Part shown: positions 25,213 through 34,670 of the stretch, piece after piece
Position numbering within the stretch: position 1 is the first letter of the stretch
How the letters are laid out: every line of letters begins with the position of its first letter
Assembly: GCA_964471415.1 (NCBI GenBank)
Contig: CAYYHF010000001.1
Span: 1-41,231, forward strand
Origin: an uncultured Clostridia bacterium
Lineage (GTDB): Bacteria; Bacillota; DTU025
Length of the DNA: 41,231 bases
Reading direction: 5' to 3'
Position numbers and translations under genes: made by a program
The notes under the pieces: model-generated
Told to the model about the DNA's origin: nothing
The model's input: only the letters and a program-made list of their open reading frames with translations
The model's database searches: none

Positions 25213-25946
25213 CAGCCGAGCGGATTCACAAATACCTGGCTCGCTCAGGAGTGGGATCGCGGCGCACATGCGAGCGGCTCGTCGCGTCCGGGCACGTCAC
25301 AGTCAACGGAGCGTGTGTGACCACGCTTGGTAGTCTGATTCGGCCGGGGCAGGATATCGTCGCGGTTGACGGGAAGGTGGCGCTGCCTCCGGCTGACCAT
25401 ATCTACATCGCCCTGAACAAGCCCAGAGGCGTAGTTACCACCGTCCGCGATACTCACCAGCGTCTTACAGTGCTCGACCTCGTTCCCGACATCGATCGCA
25501 GGGTTTACCCCGTGGGCAGGCTGGACATGGACTCAGACGGCCTGCTGATCCTGACCGACGATGGCGAACTCGCCTTTGGACTGACCCATCCCAGCAGACA
25601 GGCGCCAAAAACCTACCTAGTGCATCTCGCGCGGCGGGCCACCCCGCATGATCTTGACCGTCTTTCACGCGGCATTCAGCTGAATGATGGCGCCACGGCG
25701 CCCGCTCGGGCACGCTTCGCCGATGAGTCGGGCAAGCTTGTCGAGATGCAGATGTATGAGGGCAGGAAGCGCCAGGTGAGGCGGATGTTCGCCGCTTTAG
25801 GCCATCGCGTTGTGCGTTTAACGCGCACCGAGTTTGGCTGTGTACAATTGGGTCATCTGGCAGAGGGCGACCACCGCAAGCTCACAGCGAGCGAGGTCGA
25901 GGGGCTCAAGCGGCTACTTAAGAAGCACGCGATGGAGGGGCGCTGA
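25209..25946 (+). CDS. rluB: rRNA pseudouridine synthase (RsuA/RluB family)
   Basis: The ATG at 25209 forms an ATGA overlap with ktrA. It has an S4 domain (RIHKYLARSGVGSRRTCERLV) and the catalytic motif VGRLDMDSDGLLILTDDGE. Confidence 0.88.
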   Translation: MTAERIHKYLARSGVGSRRTCERLVASGHVTVNGACVTTLGSLIRPGQDIVAVDGKVALPPADHIYIALNKPRGVVTTVRDTHQRLTVLDLVPDIDRRVYPVGRLDMDSDGLLILTDDGELAFGLTHPSRQAPKTYLVHLARRATPHDLDRLSRGIQLNDGATAPARARFADESGKLVEMQMYEGRKRQVRRMFAALGHRVVRLTRTEFGCVQLGHLAEGDHRKLTASEVEGLKRLLKKHAMEGR

Positions 25947-25950
25947 TACC

Positions 25951-27228
25951 TTGCGAACAGCAGATGTTGTGGCGGTAATCGGGGCGGGAGCGGCGGGGAT
26001 GATGGCGGCGGCCGCGGCGGCGGGCGCCGGCGCGAATGTTGTCGTGTACGAGCGAAACAGAGTGCCCGGCAAGAAGATACTGATATCGGGAAAGGGCAGG
26101 TGCAATTTCACGCGAGATTGCTCCGTGCAGGAACTGGTGGAGGGTTTCGCCCCCCGCGGCGCATTCCTGTATTCGGCGCTATCCTCGTTCGGGCCGGACC
26201 AGGTGCGCGGTCTCCTGGAGAGCCTGGACGTGCCCTACAAGGTGGAGCGTGGCAAGCGAGTATTCCCCGCCAGCGATCGAGCACTCGATGTACGGGACGC
26301 CCTATACAATCACGCTGTGTCCAGCGGCGCCCGCTTCGCATTCGGTCGACGCATCGCGCAACTTGAAACCCGGCACGGGGCAGTTACGGGCGTGATCGAC
26401 ACGCGCGGCGCGCGATCCGATGCAAGTGCCGCGATTGTCGCTACAGGCGGCGCGTCCTACCCCGCCACCGGAAGCACCGGCGATGGATACACTCTGGCGC
26501 TTCGGGTGGGCCATCTGGTGCACCAGCCCATGCCAGCGCTGGTGCCCATGGAGACGGTTGAGGAATGGCCGCGGACACTTGCAGGACTGTCGCTGCGCAA
26601 TGTCGAGGCGACTTTGATCCATGGAACGCAGGAGATGAGCCGAGAATTCGGGGAGATGCTGTTCACGCATTTCGGCGTGAGCGGCCCTATCATCCTCACC
26701 CTTAGCCGCGCAGTGTGTCAGGCAGCCAGATCATGTCAGCATATGGAACCCGGTCGCTACACTATCTGCATCGATCTCAAGCCGGCGCTGGATAGGGCAA
26801 CGCTCAATCGGCGCGTTCAGCGCGACCTCGCGGCTATGTCCCGGAAGCAGCTCAAGAACTCCTTGGATTGGCTGTTGCCGAAGGCGCTTGTCCCGGTGGT
26901 CATCAACCTTGCTGCAGTGGATGGGGCCACGCCCGCCAACCAGGTGACGATGGCCCAGCGCGCAGCGCTGGTAGAAGTGCTCAAACAGCTGCGTATGACG
27001 GTAGCGCGACCGCGCGGGCTGGAGGAAGCTATCGTCACCTCCGGCGGCGTGGAATTACGCGAGGTCGATCCGCGCACTATGGAATCGAAGCTCGTTTCAG
27101 GACTGTTCTTCGCCGGAGAGGTTCTCGACATCGATGGCCCAACTGGAGGCTATAACCTACAGGCTGCCTTCTCTACCGGGCATCTCGCGGGCGCATCTGC
27201 GGCCGAGCGAAGGCAGGGGGAGAAGTAG
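25951..27228 (+). CDS. NAD(P)/FAD-dependent oxidoreductase, HI0933/BaiN family flavoprotein
   Basis: TTG start 10 nt after GGAGGGG. It has DVVAVIGAGAAGMMAA (dinucleotide fold), SGKGRCNFT and a C-terminal GGYNLQAAFSTGHLAG. The track ORF from 25834 is an upstream extension overlapping rluB. Confidence 0.8.
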   Translation: MRTADVVAVIGAGAAGMMAAAAAAGAGANVVVYERNRVPGKKILISGKGRCNFTRDCSVQELVEGFAPRGAFLYSALSSFGPDQVRGLLESLDVPYKVERGKRVFPASDRALDVRDALYNHAVSSGARFAFGRRIAQLETRHGAVTGVIDTRGARSDASAAIVATGGASYPATGSTGDGYTLALRVGHLVHQPMPALVPMETVEEWPRTLAGLSLRNVEATLIHGTQEMSREFGEMLFTHFGVSGPIILTLSRAVCQAARSCQHMEPGRYTICIDLKPALDRATLNRRVQRDLAAMSRKQLKNSLDWLLPKALVPVVINLAAVDGATPANQVTMAQRAALVEVLKQLRMTVARPRGLEEAIVTSGGVELREVDPRTMESKLVSGLFFAGEVLDIDGPTGGYNLQAAFSTGHLAGASAAERRQGEK

Positions 27229-27230
27229 AA

Positions 27231-27722
27231 TTGCCGCACAGCCGTGATCCGGGTTCTGTCATGATCGCATCGGCAGTGGTCTTGCTGATCGCAGTGTGCG
27301 TCATCGTCCAATCATTGATAGCTTCCGGCGGCATCGCGCGCCAGGACCTTTGGATCGAGAAGGTAGAGGGCCAAGTGGTATGGGCATGGAGTTGGCCAGG
27401 GTCCGCCGATACGGCGCCGGCGGGTCCTGCTGCAGAATCGGGAGGTATTCTGTTGGCGCTGCCTGAGGCGTCCGAGAGTGTATTAGTGCTGGTGAACGGG
27501 AGAGTAGTTGCAGATTTCCGCTACGAGCAGGCCGCGGCGGTCGTACGTAGGGGCGACCTTGTGGAGATCGAAGTAAACGATGATCGCTCAGAAAGCGGGG
27601 CCAACCTAGCAGGGCTGCAAGTGGAAGTGGTCGCTACAACGCCCAACGTCAAAGTGCCGTTGCAGGGCGTCCGCGTACACCTTACGCCCGGCCGAACCAC
27701 CATCGCGAGCATTATCATATAG
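27231..27722 (+). CDS. hypothetical membrane-anchored protein
   Basis: 163-aa ORF with a TTG start 8 nt after GGGGGAG. It has one N-terminal TM helix (MIASAVVLLIAVCVIVQSLIA) followed by a soluble, beta-rich-looking domain. I recognise no family. Coding is supported only by ORF length, RBS and tight packing. Confidence 0.45.
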   Translation: MPHSRDPGSVMIASAVVLLIAVCVIVQSLIASGGIARQDLWIEKVEGQVVWAWSWPGSADTAPAGPAAESGGILLALPEASESVLVLVNGRVVADFRYEQAAAVVRRGDLVEIEVNDDRSESGANLAGLQVEVVATTPNVKVPLQGVRVHLTPGRTTIASIII

Positions 27723-27813
27723 ATTAGAAAGCCAGTTTCAGCTGCAAGCAAAGGAATAGCGAGTCGGATGTAGAATAAGAATTAATTGTGCGCCGATGGG
27801 AGAGTCCTATAGC

Positions 27814-28518
27814 ATGTCGCTTGAACGTTCGATAGCAATAGATGGACCCGCAGGCTCCGGCAAGAGCACAGTAGCGCGCATGCTCGCCAGAGCCCTCGGG
27901 TATAGATATGTGAGCACAGGTGATCTATACCGTGCGCTTGCATTGGAGGTTCTGAGGCGAGGCGTAGACCCGCACAATGAGGAGGCCGTTGTGCAAGTTG
28001 CGGAATCGATATCCGTTTGCGTGGAACCCGCGTCCGATGGCAACCAGCGCACGCTGGTGGAAGGCGAGGACGTGTCGGCCTTGATACGCAGCGCACAGGT
28101 GGAGTCGGTCGTCTCGCAGGTCTCGGTCTATCCGGCGGTTCGCACGCGCATGGTCCAGCTACAGCGGGCAATAGCCATCGATGCGGACGTAGTGATGGAC
28201 GGGCGCGATATCGGTGCCGTAGTCCTGGCGGAGTCGCACTGCAAGTTCTTTCTCACAGCATCCGTTGGCGAACGTGCTCGGAGGCGTCAGCGGGACCACG
28301 CAGCGCAGGGTCGCCAAGTCTCGTTGGAAGAGATGCAGCTGGAGATCGCCCAGCGCGACACGATTGACAGTACGCGACTGATATCGCCGCTTACCGTGGC
28401 GCCGGATGCGGTCGTGATCGACTGTACCGACATGAGTCCGATGGAAGTAGTATGCAGAATGCTGCAGGTGCTCAGGAGGTCCAACGCTTGTTCTACTATG
28501 TCATCAGAGCGCTCTTGA
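27814..28518 (+). CDS. cmk: cytidylate kinase
   Basis: IAIDGPAGSGKSTVARMLA is a P-loop, and YVSTGDLYRA and DGRDIG are also present. The ATG at 27814 has GGGAGAG upstream; the ATG at 27796 is the alternative. Confidence 0.9.
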   Translation: MSLERSIAIDGPAGSGKSTVARMLARALGYRYVSTGDLYRALALEVLRRGVDPHNEEAVVQVAESISVCVEPASDGNQRTLVEGEDVSALIRSAQVESVVSQVSVYPAVRTRMVQLQRAIAIDADVVMDGRDIGAVVLAESHCKFFLTASVGERARRRQRDHAAQGRQVSLEEMQLEIAQRDTIDSTRLISPLTVAPDAVVIDCTDMSPMEVVCRMLQVLRRSNACSTMSSERS

Positions 28519-29108
28519 GAGTCTACTTTCATCTGTTCTACGGCTTCAGCGTTGTTGGCCTGGAGAACGTACCGATGGCCGGCGCGATAATAGTAGTCGC
28601 AAATCACGCAGGCGCCCTCGACCCTCTGGCCCTGGGTGTTGCGTGTCCCAGGCCGCTGCGGTTCATGGCGAAAGCGGAGTTGTTTGACAATCCGATTGCT
28701 GCCGCGATCATGCGTGGCCTTCGCGCCTTTCCGGTCAAGCGAGGGCAGGTGGATCGCGAAGCCTACCGAGCTTCCATGGATATTCTTAAGGCCGGTGAGG
28801 TGCTTGGCATATTCCCGGAGGGCACGCGCAGCAAGACCGGAGAACTCCAGCGCGCTCATCCCGGGGCTGCGCGATTCTCTCTTGCAACGGGAGCCCCGGT
28901 GGTGCCGGCTGCCGTAGTAGGCACTTTCCCGGCGCACCGAAGGGGCATAAGCAGGTTTCGAAGGGCGAAGGTGAGAGTGATTTTCGGCGCCCCCATCCAG
29001 GCGACGAGCTCCTCGCGGGCGCGCGCGTCCAGAGAAGACACCGACAGACTAGCCGTTGAGATAATGGAGCGGATTCACGAGCTGATGGAAGCCGTCATGA
29101 CGGCATGA
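28452..29108 (+). CDS. plsC: 1-acyl-sn-glycerol-3-phosphate acyltransferase
   Basis: It has the HxxxxD motif ([10 protein letters not shown]), plus FPEGTRS and PVVPAAV. An in-frame TTG at 28488, 8 nt after AGGAGG, is a plausible alternative start. Confidence 0.85.
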   Translation: MQNAAGAQEVQRLFYYVIRALLRVYFHLFYGFSVVGLENVPMAGAIIVVANHAGALDPLALGVACPRPLRFMAKAELFDNPIAAAIMRGLRAFPVKRGQVDREAYRASMDILKAGEVLGIFPEGTRSKTGELQRAHPGAARFSLATGAPVVPAAVVGTFPAHRRGISRFRRAKVRVIFGAPIQATSSSRARASREDTDRLAVEIMERIHELMEAVMTA

Positions 29109-29128
29109 CATTGCAGGGGGGTATTGAC

Positions 29129-29776
29129 GTGAGGCTCTTCATTGATACCGCCAATATCGAAGAAGTGCGCCAGGCAGCTGATATGGGCATCATATGCGGT
29201 GTGACTACCAACCCGTCTCTGGTGGCCCGGGAAGGCCGCGATTTCCGCCAGGTTGTCATAGAGATATGCGAGCTTGTGGACGGGCCTGTGAGCGCGGAGG
29301 TAATCAGCCTTGAGGCTGAAGAGATGGTGCGGGAGGCGGTTGACATAGCGGCCTGGTCTCCCAATGTGGTTATCAAGATACCGATGACCGTGGAAGGACT
29401 TAAGGCCGTCCGTGTCTTAGCCGCTCGGGGCATCAACACCAATGTTACACTGATTTTCACGTCCAATCAGGCTCTTTTGGCGGCAAGGTCGGGAGCGACC
29501 TACGTCAGCCCCTTTGTGGGCCGGCTGGACGATGTAAGCTCGGACGGGATGAACGTTGTCTCCGAGACGGCGGCGATTTTCGATATGCACGACATAGAAA
29601 CGCAGATCATCGCTGCTAGTATTCGCCACCCACTGCACGTTACGCGAGCCGCTCTGGCCGGAGCCGACATAGCCACCGTACCGTATTCTGTTCTGATGCA
29701 GATGACGAAGCACCCGCTCACCGATGCCGGCATAGCAAGATTCATCGCAGACTGGGAAAAGGCGCTCGGCAAATGA
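29129..29776 (+). CDS. tal: transaldolase (short Tal / fructose-6-phosphate aldolase family)
   Basis: GTG at 29129, 7 nt after GGGGGG. (M)[30 protein letters not shown] and VIKIPMT (Schiff-base lysine context) are present. About 215 aa, as usual for this family. Confidence 0.88.
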   Translation: MRLFIDTANIEEVRQAADMGIICGVTTNPSLVAREGRDFRQVVIEICELVDGPVSAEVISLEAEEMVREAVDIAAWSPNVVIKIPMTVEGLKAVRVLAARGINTNVTLIFTSNQALLAARSGATYVSPFVGRLDDVSSDGMNVVSETAAIFDMHDIETQIIAASIRHPLHVTRAALAGADIATVPYSVLMQMTKHPLTDAGIARFIADWEKALGK

Positions 29777-32184
29777 CGCTCGGCGGGGAGCGTATCAGCC
29801 TCGCCGAACATGCGGGGTTCTGCGCGGGGGTAGAGCGCGCAGTCCGCATTGCACGCGAAACCGGCGAGGAGGCTATGCTGAACGGTTGTGCAGGCGTTGT
29901 TACCTTAGGAGCTTTGGTGCACAACCCTGCAGTGGTCGCAGACCTTCTGCACTACGGCGTGCAGCAGGTCGATTCGGTTGACGAAGTCCGAGGTCGCGTA
30001 GCCGTTATTCCGTCGCATGGCCTTTCTCCCGCCGCCGTGCAAGAGGCGCGAGAGAAAGGATTGTCACTGGTAGATGCCACCTGTCCGCACGTGCTGCGAG
30101 TGCAGCGAGAGGTGGCGAAAGCCCACGAGAACGGGCATTTCGTGGTACTCGTAGGCGATAGGCTCCATCCCGAGGCGCGGGCGGTCGTCCCGTTTGCCAG
30201 CGGGGGAATAGCCGTAGTGTCGGGGTGCAAGGAAGCGGCGGTGGTCGAGCTTCCTGAAGCGCCCGTCACGGTGGTTGCGCAGACGACCCAGATACTACCG
30301 GTTGTAGAAGCAGTGGTCGACGTCATAGCGGCCCGGGGCAGGCAGGTCAGGCTGGTCAACACAATCTGCCCTGCAACATCCCTGAGGCAGGAAGCCGCAA
30401 GAAGGCTTGCGCGTTCAGTCGACCTCATGGTGGTCATCGGAGGCAGGACCAGTGCCAATACCATGCGGCTAGCGGAGGTATGCAGCGACACCGGCGTCAG
30501 GGTGCTCAAGATCCAAAGCGCCGACGAACTTGACTTACACGCTGTGCACACAGCGGGCAGGATCGGCGTTACCGCAGGAGCATCCACGCCCAGTTGGGTA
30601 ATCGAGGAGGTCATGGACGCTATGAACGAGATTATCGAGGGTAACCCGGAAGAAGTTCGCCAGTCAGAGCAACAAGCTGAGCAGGCGGACCAGGTCGAGC
30701 AGGTAGAACAGGCCAAGCAGGCGGACCAGGTCGAGCAGGCGGAGCAGGTCGAGGTCGAGGCTGTGCCCGAGGCGGAGGCCAAACCGGAAGGCGAACCGCC
30801 TGAGACGGCTCCGGTAGAGAGCGAGCCGGAGGAAACCCAGGTCGAGGCGGAGGCTGGGGGAATTCCCCAGGCTGTATCTGCGCCTGAGGCGGAGGCCGAA
30901 GTCGTGCCTGAGCCAGAAGCGGAGACGCGGCCGCAAGACGAGGCCGCCCAGGTAGACACCGCGCCGACCGAGCCGGCAGAGGAGGAGAAGACAGCAGCTC
31001 CGACCGAGCCTGAAGCGAAACCAGAACCCGCCGCCCCTGCGCGCACGGCGCCGCCTGCGCCTGAGACGGTCACGGCACGTGTAGAGGAGATCTACGACGA
31101 CCGCGTCATCGTTCAGCTCGAGACGGGCGAGACTGCCACGATCGTGCTCAAGAGCCTCAGTGCCGATGCGATCTCCCATCCTTCCGAGGTGGTCGCTCCG
31201 GGCGAGGAGATACAGGTGGTCTTGGAGAAGCACAGCCGGGGTTCCGATACTCTGTTCGCCTCAAAGAGGCAAGCGGACCGCCTCCTTCTGTGGAATCGAC
31301 TGGAGAACGCCAAGGAGACCGGAGAAGTCATCGAAGGCAAGGTGACCGAGGCCGTCAAGGGCGGGCTGGTGGTCGATATCGGCGTACGAGGATTTGTTCC
31401 CGCATCGCAGGTGGGCCGCAGGTTCGTGGAAGACCTCAGCGTCTATGTGGGGCAGGAGCTAAAGATGAAAGTGCGCGAGGTTGAGCGCCTCCGCTCCAAC
31501 GTGGTGCTGTCGCAGCGCGACTATCTGGAAGAGCAGGAGAAACTCGCGCGGGAGCACGCTTTCCAGACGCTCGAGCGCGGTCAGGTGATCACGGGCTCCG
31601 TCACCCGTCTTGCGGTGTTCGGCGCGTTCGTCGATATCGGCGATGGGGTCGAAGGACTGCTCCACATATCCGACATATCATGGGCAAGGATCAAGCATCC
31701 CGGGGAAGTACTGTCGGAGAATCAGGAAGTGCAAGTGTTGGTGCTGAACGTGGATCGCGAACGTGAGAGGATCTCCCTGGGCTACAAGCAACTCCAGCCG
31801 GACCCCTGGGAGAATGTCGGGAAGCGGTTCCCCGTTGGCTCTATCGTTACCGGAACCGTGACTAAGCTGGTAGAGTTCGGTGCGTTTGTCAGTCTGGAAG
31901 AGGGCATCGAGGGTTTGGTCCACATCTCGCAGCTTGCCGACAGGCGAATAGCCAGGCCGGACGAGGTCGTAGCGGTAGGTCAGACAGTCACAGTCAAGGT
32001 CATAGGCCTAAGGGAGCAAGAGCACCGCATCAGCCTCTCAATCCGGCAAGCGATTGAAGAAGGCGAACGCAACGAGTACCGTAAGTACATGAAGGACAAT
32101 CGCGAAGATAATGGCGTTACCATCGGCGACCGAGTGGCGTATGACCCCAGCAAACTCAAAGGCGCCGACACCGATGGCGAGTAG
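29773..32184 (+). CDS. ispH: bifunctional 4-hydroxy-3-methylbut-2-enyl diphosphate reductase / ribosomal protein S1-like fusion with a long acidic linker
   Basis: The N-terminal ~285 aa are IspH/LytB ([39 protein letters not shown]). A ~150-aa E/A/P/Q-rich low-complexity segment follows. Then come four S1 OB-fold repeats (for example [26 protein letters not shown] and [29 protein letters not shown]). Confidence 0.88.
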   Translation: MTLGGERISLAEHAGFCAGVERAVRIARETGEEAMLNGCAGVVTLGALVHNPAVVADLLHYGVQQVDSVDEVRGRVAVIPSHGLSPAAVQEAREKGLSLVDATCPHVLRVQREVAKAHENGHFVVLVGDRLHPEARAVVPFASGGIAVVSGCKEAAVVELPEAPVTVVAQTTQILPVVEAVVDVIAARGRQVRLVNTICPATSLRQEAARRLARSVDLMVVIGGRTSANTMRLAEVCSDTGVRVLKIQSADELDLHAVHTAGRIGVTAGASTPSWVIEEVMDAMNEIIEGNPEEVRQSEQQAEQADQVEQVEQAKQADQVEQAEQVEVEAVPEAEAKPEGEPPETAPVESEPEETQVEAEAGGIPQAVSAPEAEAEVVPEPEAETRPQDEAAQVDTAPTEPAEEEKTAAPTEPEAKPEPAAPARTAPPAPETVTARVEEIYDDRVIVQLETGETATIVLKSLSADAISHPSEVVAPGEEIQVVLEKHSRGSDTLFASKRQADRLLLWNRLENAKETGEVIEGKVTEAVKGGLVVDIGVRGFVPASQVGRRFVEDLSVYVGQELKMKVREVERLRSNVVLSQRDYLEEQEKLAREHAFQTLERGQVITGSVTRLAVFGAFVDIGDGVEGLLHISDISWARIKHPGEVLSENQEVQVLVLNVDRERERISLGYKQLQPDPWENVGKRFPVGSIVTGTVTKLVEFGAFVSLEEGIEGLVHISQLADRRIARPDEVVAVGQTVTVKVIGLREQEHRISLSIRQAIEEGERNEYRKYMKDNREDNGVTIGDRVAYDPSKLKGADTDGE
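30664..31080 (+). repeat. Low-complexity coding repeat region (E/Q/A/P/V-rich linker) inside the ispH-S1 fusion
   Basis: A 23-bp direct repeat GCAGGCGGACCAGGTCGAGCAGG occurs at 30681-30703 and 30717-30739. Many GAGGC/GAGCC-type codon repeats encode [44 protein letters not shown]... It also generates long spurious ORFs on the minus strand. Confidence 0.8.
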
Positions 32185-32215
32185 TCCCTCATAAAGGCCT
32201 TTAGGTGGGGTTTCG

Positions 32216-32244
32216 TTGACACCTATAATGCCTTATGCTAGACT
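32216..32244 (+). promoter_or_regulatory. Candidate sigma-A promoter for the PPIase gene
   Basis: TTGACA (32216-32221), a 17-nt spacer, then TAGACT (32239-32244), preceded by TGc (extended -10 context). It lies in the 159-bp gap after the ispH-S1 gene. Confidence 0.5.
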
Positions 32245-32254
32245 GGCTCTGGTC

Positions 32255-32284
32255 GTCTGCCCTCGGAACTTGCCGTGGGCAGAC
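32255..32284 (+). promoter_or_regulatory. 5'-leader hairpin downstream of the candidate promoter
   Basis: GTCTGCCC (32255-32262) pairs perfectly with GGGCAGAC (32277-32284) around a 14-nt loop. It lies between the putative -10 element and the start codon at 32344. Confidence 0.35.
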
Positions 32285-32343
32285 AGCGTTAAGGCTATAT
32301 GGAGATGTCAGTGTTACGGAGTTGCAAAGGGGGATGCCAAGGC

Positions 32344-33255
32344 ATGTCTAAGCGCAGAAGCGAGCTCATCCCGGTCATCGTAGCGGTAGCGGCTCTGATT
32401 GTTGTCGCCATAGTGTGGGTCGTCGTCACCCGAACGACCGCTGTTGCCATCGTCAACGGCCAAAGGATCACTCGCCGTGCTTTTGTCAGCAGGCTGGAGC
32501 AGGTAACCGGCGAGCAGGTCCTCGCGGATCTCATCAACGAACAGCTGATCAGGCAAGCGGCCAAACAGGCGAAGATTACGGTGACTCAGTCCGAGGTCGA
32601 CGAGGAAATAGATAAGCTGCGCGAGCAGATAGGGCCCAGCTTCGAATCTATGTTGGCCCAGTACGGGATGACCATCGACGACCTCCGAAAGAACATGGAC
32701 CTGAACTTGTTGGTCTTCAAGATCTCCACGAAGGACATCACCGTAGGCGACGATGCACTCATGGCCTTTTTTGAGGAGAACAAGTCGGACTACGACGAGC
32801 CCGAGATGGTGAAAGCCAGCCATATCCTAGTTGAAACTGAAGATAAGGCCAAAGAGATCCAGGCTAAGCTGGCTGAAGGCGCTGACTTCGCGGAATTGGC
32901 TCGAAGCGAGTCCACCGACCCCATGTCGGCGGCTGAAGGCGGCGATGTGGGATTCTTCGCGCGCGGACGAATGGTGCCGGAATTCGAGAAGGCCGCGTTC
33001 GCGATGTCGCCCGGTCAGACCAGCGGGATAGTGAAGTCTGAATACGGATACCACATAATCCGAGTCACCGACCGAAGGGAGGCGCATGAGGCCACCTTCG
33101 AGGAGGTCAAAGGCGATATTGAGCGCACGATAAAGGGGCGTCAGGCCAAGAGCGCGCAGCAGCTTGCATCGGAGCTGAGGATGGAGAGCGATATCACCAT
33201 CACTGACTCGAAATACAAGGATCTTGGAACCACAACGCCCTTCGGCACGAACTAG
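32344..33255 (+). CDS. peptidylprolyl isomerase, PrsA/SurA-like with parvulin domain
   Basis: The ATG at 32344 follows AAGGGGGA. It has an N-terminal TM/signal anchor (LIPVIVAVAALIVVAIVWVV), a SurA-N-like region, and the parvulin motif ASHILV...GGDVGFFARGRMVPEFEKAAF...SGIVKSEYGYHII. Confidence 0.85.
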   Translation: MSKRRSELIPVIVAVAALIVVAIVWVVVTRTTAVAIVNGQRITRRAFVSRLEQVTGEQVLADLINEQLIRQAAKQAKITVTQSEVDEEIDKLREQIGPSFESMLAQYGMTIDDLRKNMDLNLLVFKISTKDITVGDDALMAFFEENKSDYDEPEMVKASHILVETEDKAKEIQAKLAEGADFAELARSESTDPMSAAEGGDVGFFARGRMVPEFEKAAFAMSPGQTSGIVKSEYGYHIIRVTDRREAHEATFEEVKGDIERTIKGRQAKSAQQLASELRMESDITITDSKYKDLGTTTPFGTN

Positions 33256-33320
33256 AGGTGGGAGCGCGGAGAGGGGAGCTGCGCTCTCCTCTCCGTTTTC
33301 GCTTTTTCAGGAGGTTTCAC

Positions 33321-34670
33321 ATGATCGGTTCCGCCGTGGTCGTTCAGGTGGAGCCAGGCAGCCCGGCACAGCTGGCAGGCATTGTTTCCGGCGACACGCT
33401 CATCTCGATCAACGGCCATGCTGTGCGCGATGTCATCGACTATCAGTACCACGCGGCCTCTCCCAGCGTTCATCTGGAGGTGGCAAGGTCTGACGGATCC
33501 ACGTTTGGCGTGACTATCGACAACGGCTATGATACGCGCCTCGGCATTCACTTCGACGAGCTAGTATTTGACGGTGAGAAGCACTGCGCCAACAAGTGCG
33601 TCTTCTGCTTCATCGACCAACTGCCACAGGGCATGCGCACAAGCGTGTACTTCAAAGACGATGACTACCGACTCTCGTTTCTGCAGGGCAATTTCGTGAC
33701 GCTCACCAACCTTCCGGATTCTGATGTCGAAAGGATCATCAGCCTTAGGTTGTCGCCGCTGTACGTCTCGGTACACGCATCAGACGAGCGGATACGATGC
33801 GCGCTCCTGGGAAGGCAGCGTGTCCGTACTCGGCCCATAATGCCCACTCTGAAGCGATTCGCTGAGGGCCGAATCGAGTTTCATGCACAGGTAGTTGTGG
33901 TTCCCGGTGTAAATGACGGAGAGGTGCTGGATCGGACCATCGCCGATCTTGCAGGGCTTGCGCCCTGGTGTGCCTCATTGGGCATTGTACCCGTTGGGCT
34001 CACCTCGCACCGACAAGGCTTGACGAAGCTAGAGATGGTCGATTCGGATCTGGCTCGCCGGGTCATCGACACAATCCATGCTGCGCAGCAGCGCTCGCTT
34101 GCCCAGAGGGGAACGCGGTTCGTGTTTGCCGCGGACGAGTTCTACTACCTGGCACGCCGGGAGATTCCGTGCGGTGAGGCGTATGAGGATTTCCCGCAAC
34201 TGGAGAACGGAATCGGCGCATCGCGCGTCTTTCTGGATGAATTCGCACAAGCTGAACGCAGGTTGCCGAAGCGGGTCGAGAAGTCCGTGAGTTTCACGGT
34301 CGTCACCGGGGTGCTGGGAGCGCAGGCCATCGCGTCTGCTTGCCACAGGCTAGACAGAATCGAAGGCGTAAGCGTGGATCTGCTCCCCGTGCCCAACAGG
34401 TTTTTCGGCGAAAGCGTCACGGTATCCGGCCTAGTGGTTGGGGCGGATATCGTAGCGGCGCTCAACGAGTCCGGAGCGCGCGACTTCGTAGCCATCCCAG
34501 ACGTAATGCTGAGACGGGGCGAAAGGCGCTTCCTCGATGACATGACCCCAGACGATATTCAGCGAGCCACTGGGACGGCTGTGAAGGTAGTTCCCGCGTC
34601 CGCTTACGGCCTTGTTGAATGCATAGCACAGCTGAAGGCGGCGAATTGGGAGGTCAGGCAAGATGGCTAG
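33321..34670 (+). CDS. PDZ domain / radical-SAM-like DUF512 family protein (function unknown)
   Basis: The ATG at 33321 is 7 nt after AGGAGG. It has an N-terminal PDZ-like segment (GSPAQLAGIVSGDTLISING), a CxxxCxxC motif (HCANKCVFCF) and a long C-terminal DUF512-like region. It overlaps der by 8 nt. Confidence 0.7.
   Translation: MIGSAVVVQVEPGSPAQLAGIVSGDTLISINGHAVRDVIDYQYHAASPSVHLEVARSDGSTFGVTIDNGYDTRLGIHFDELVFDGEKHCANKCVFCFIDQLPQGMRTSVYFKDDDYRLSFLQGNFVTLTNLPDSDVERIISLRLSPLYVSVHASDERIRCALLGRQRVRTRPIMPTLKRFAEGRIEFHAQVVVVPGVNDGEVLDRTIADLAGLAPWCASLGIVPVGLTSHRQGLTKLEMVDSDLARRVIDTIHAAQQRSLAQRGTRFVFAADEFYYLARREIPCGEAYEDFPQLENGIGASRVFLDEFAQAERRLPKRVEKSVSFTVVTGVLGAQAIASACHRLDRIEGVSVDLLPVPNRFFGESVTVSGLVVGADIVAALNESGARDFVAIPDVMLRRGERRFLDDMTPDDIQRATGTAVKVVPASAYGLVECIAQLKAANWEVRQDG

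Noticed and set aside
32192-32203. Palindrome TAAAGGCCTTTA just after the ispH-S1 stop, as a possible terminator.
   Set aside because: It is a loop-less AT-rich palindrome. Any hairpin would have a 2-nt loop and about 4 usable pairs, which is not a credible intrinsic terminator.
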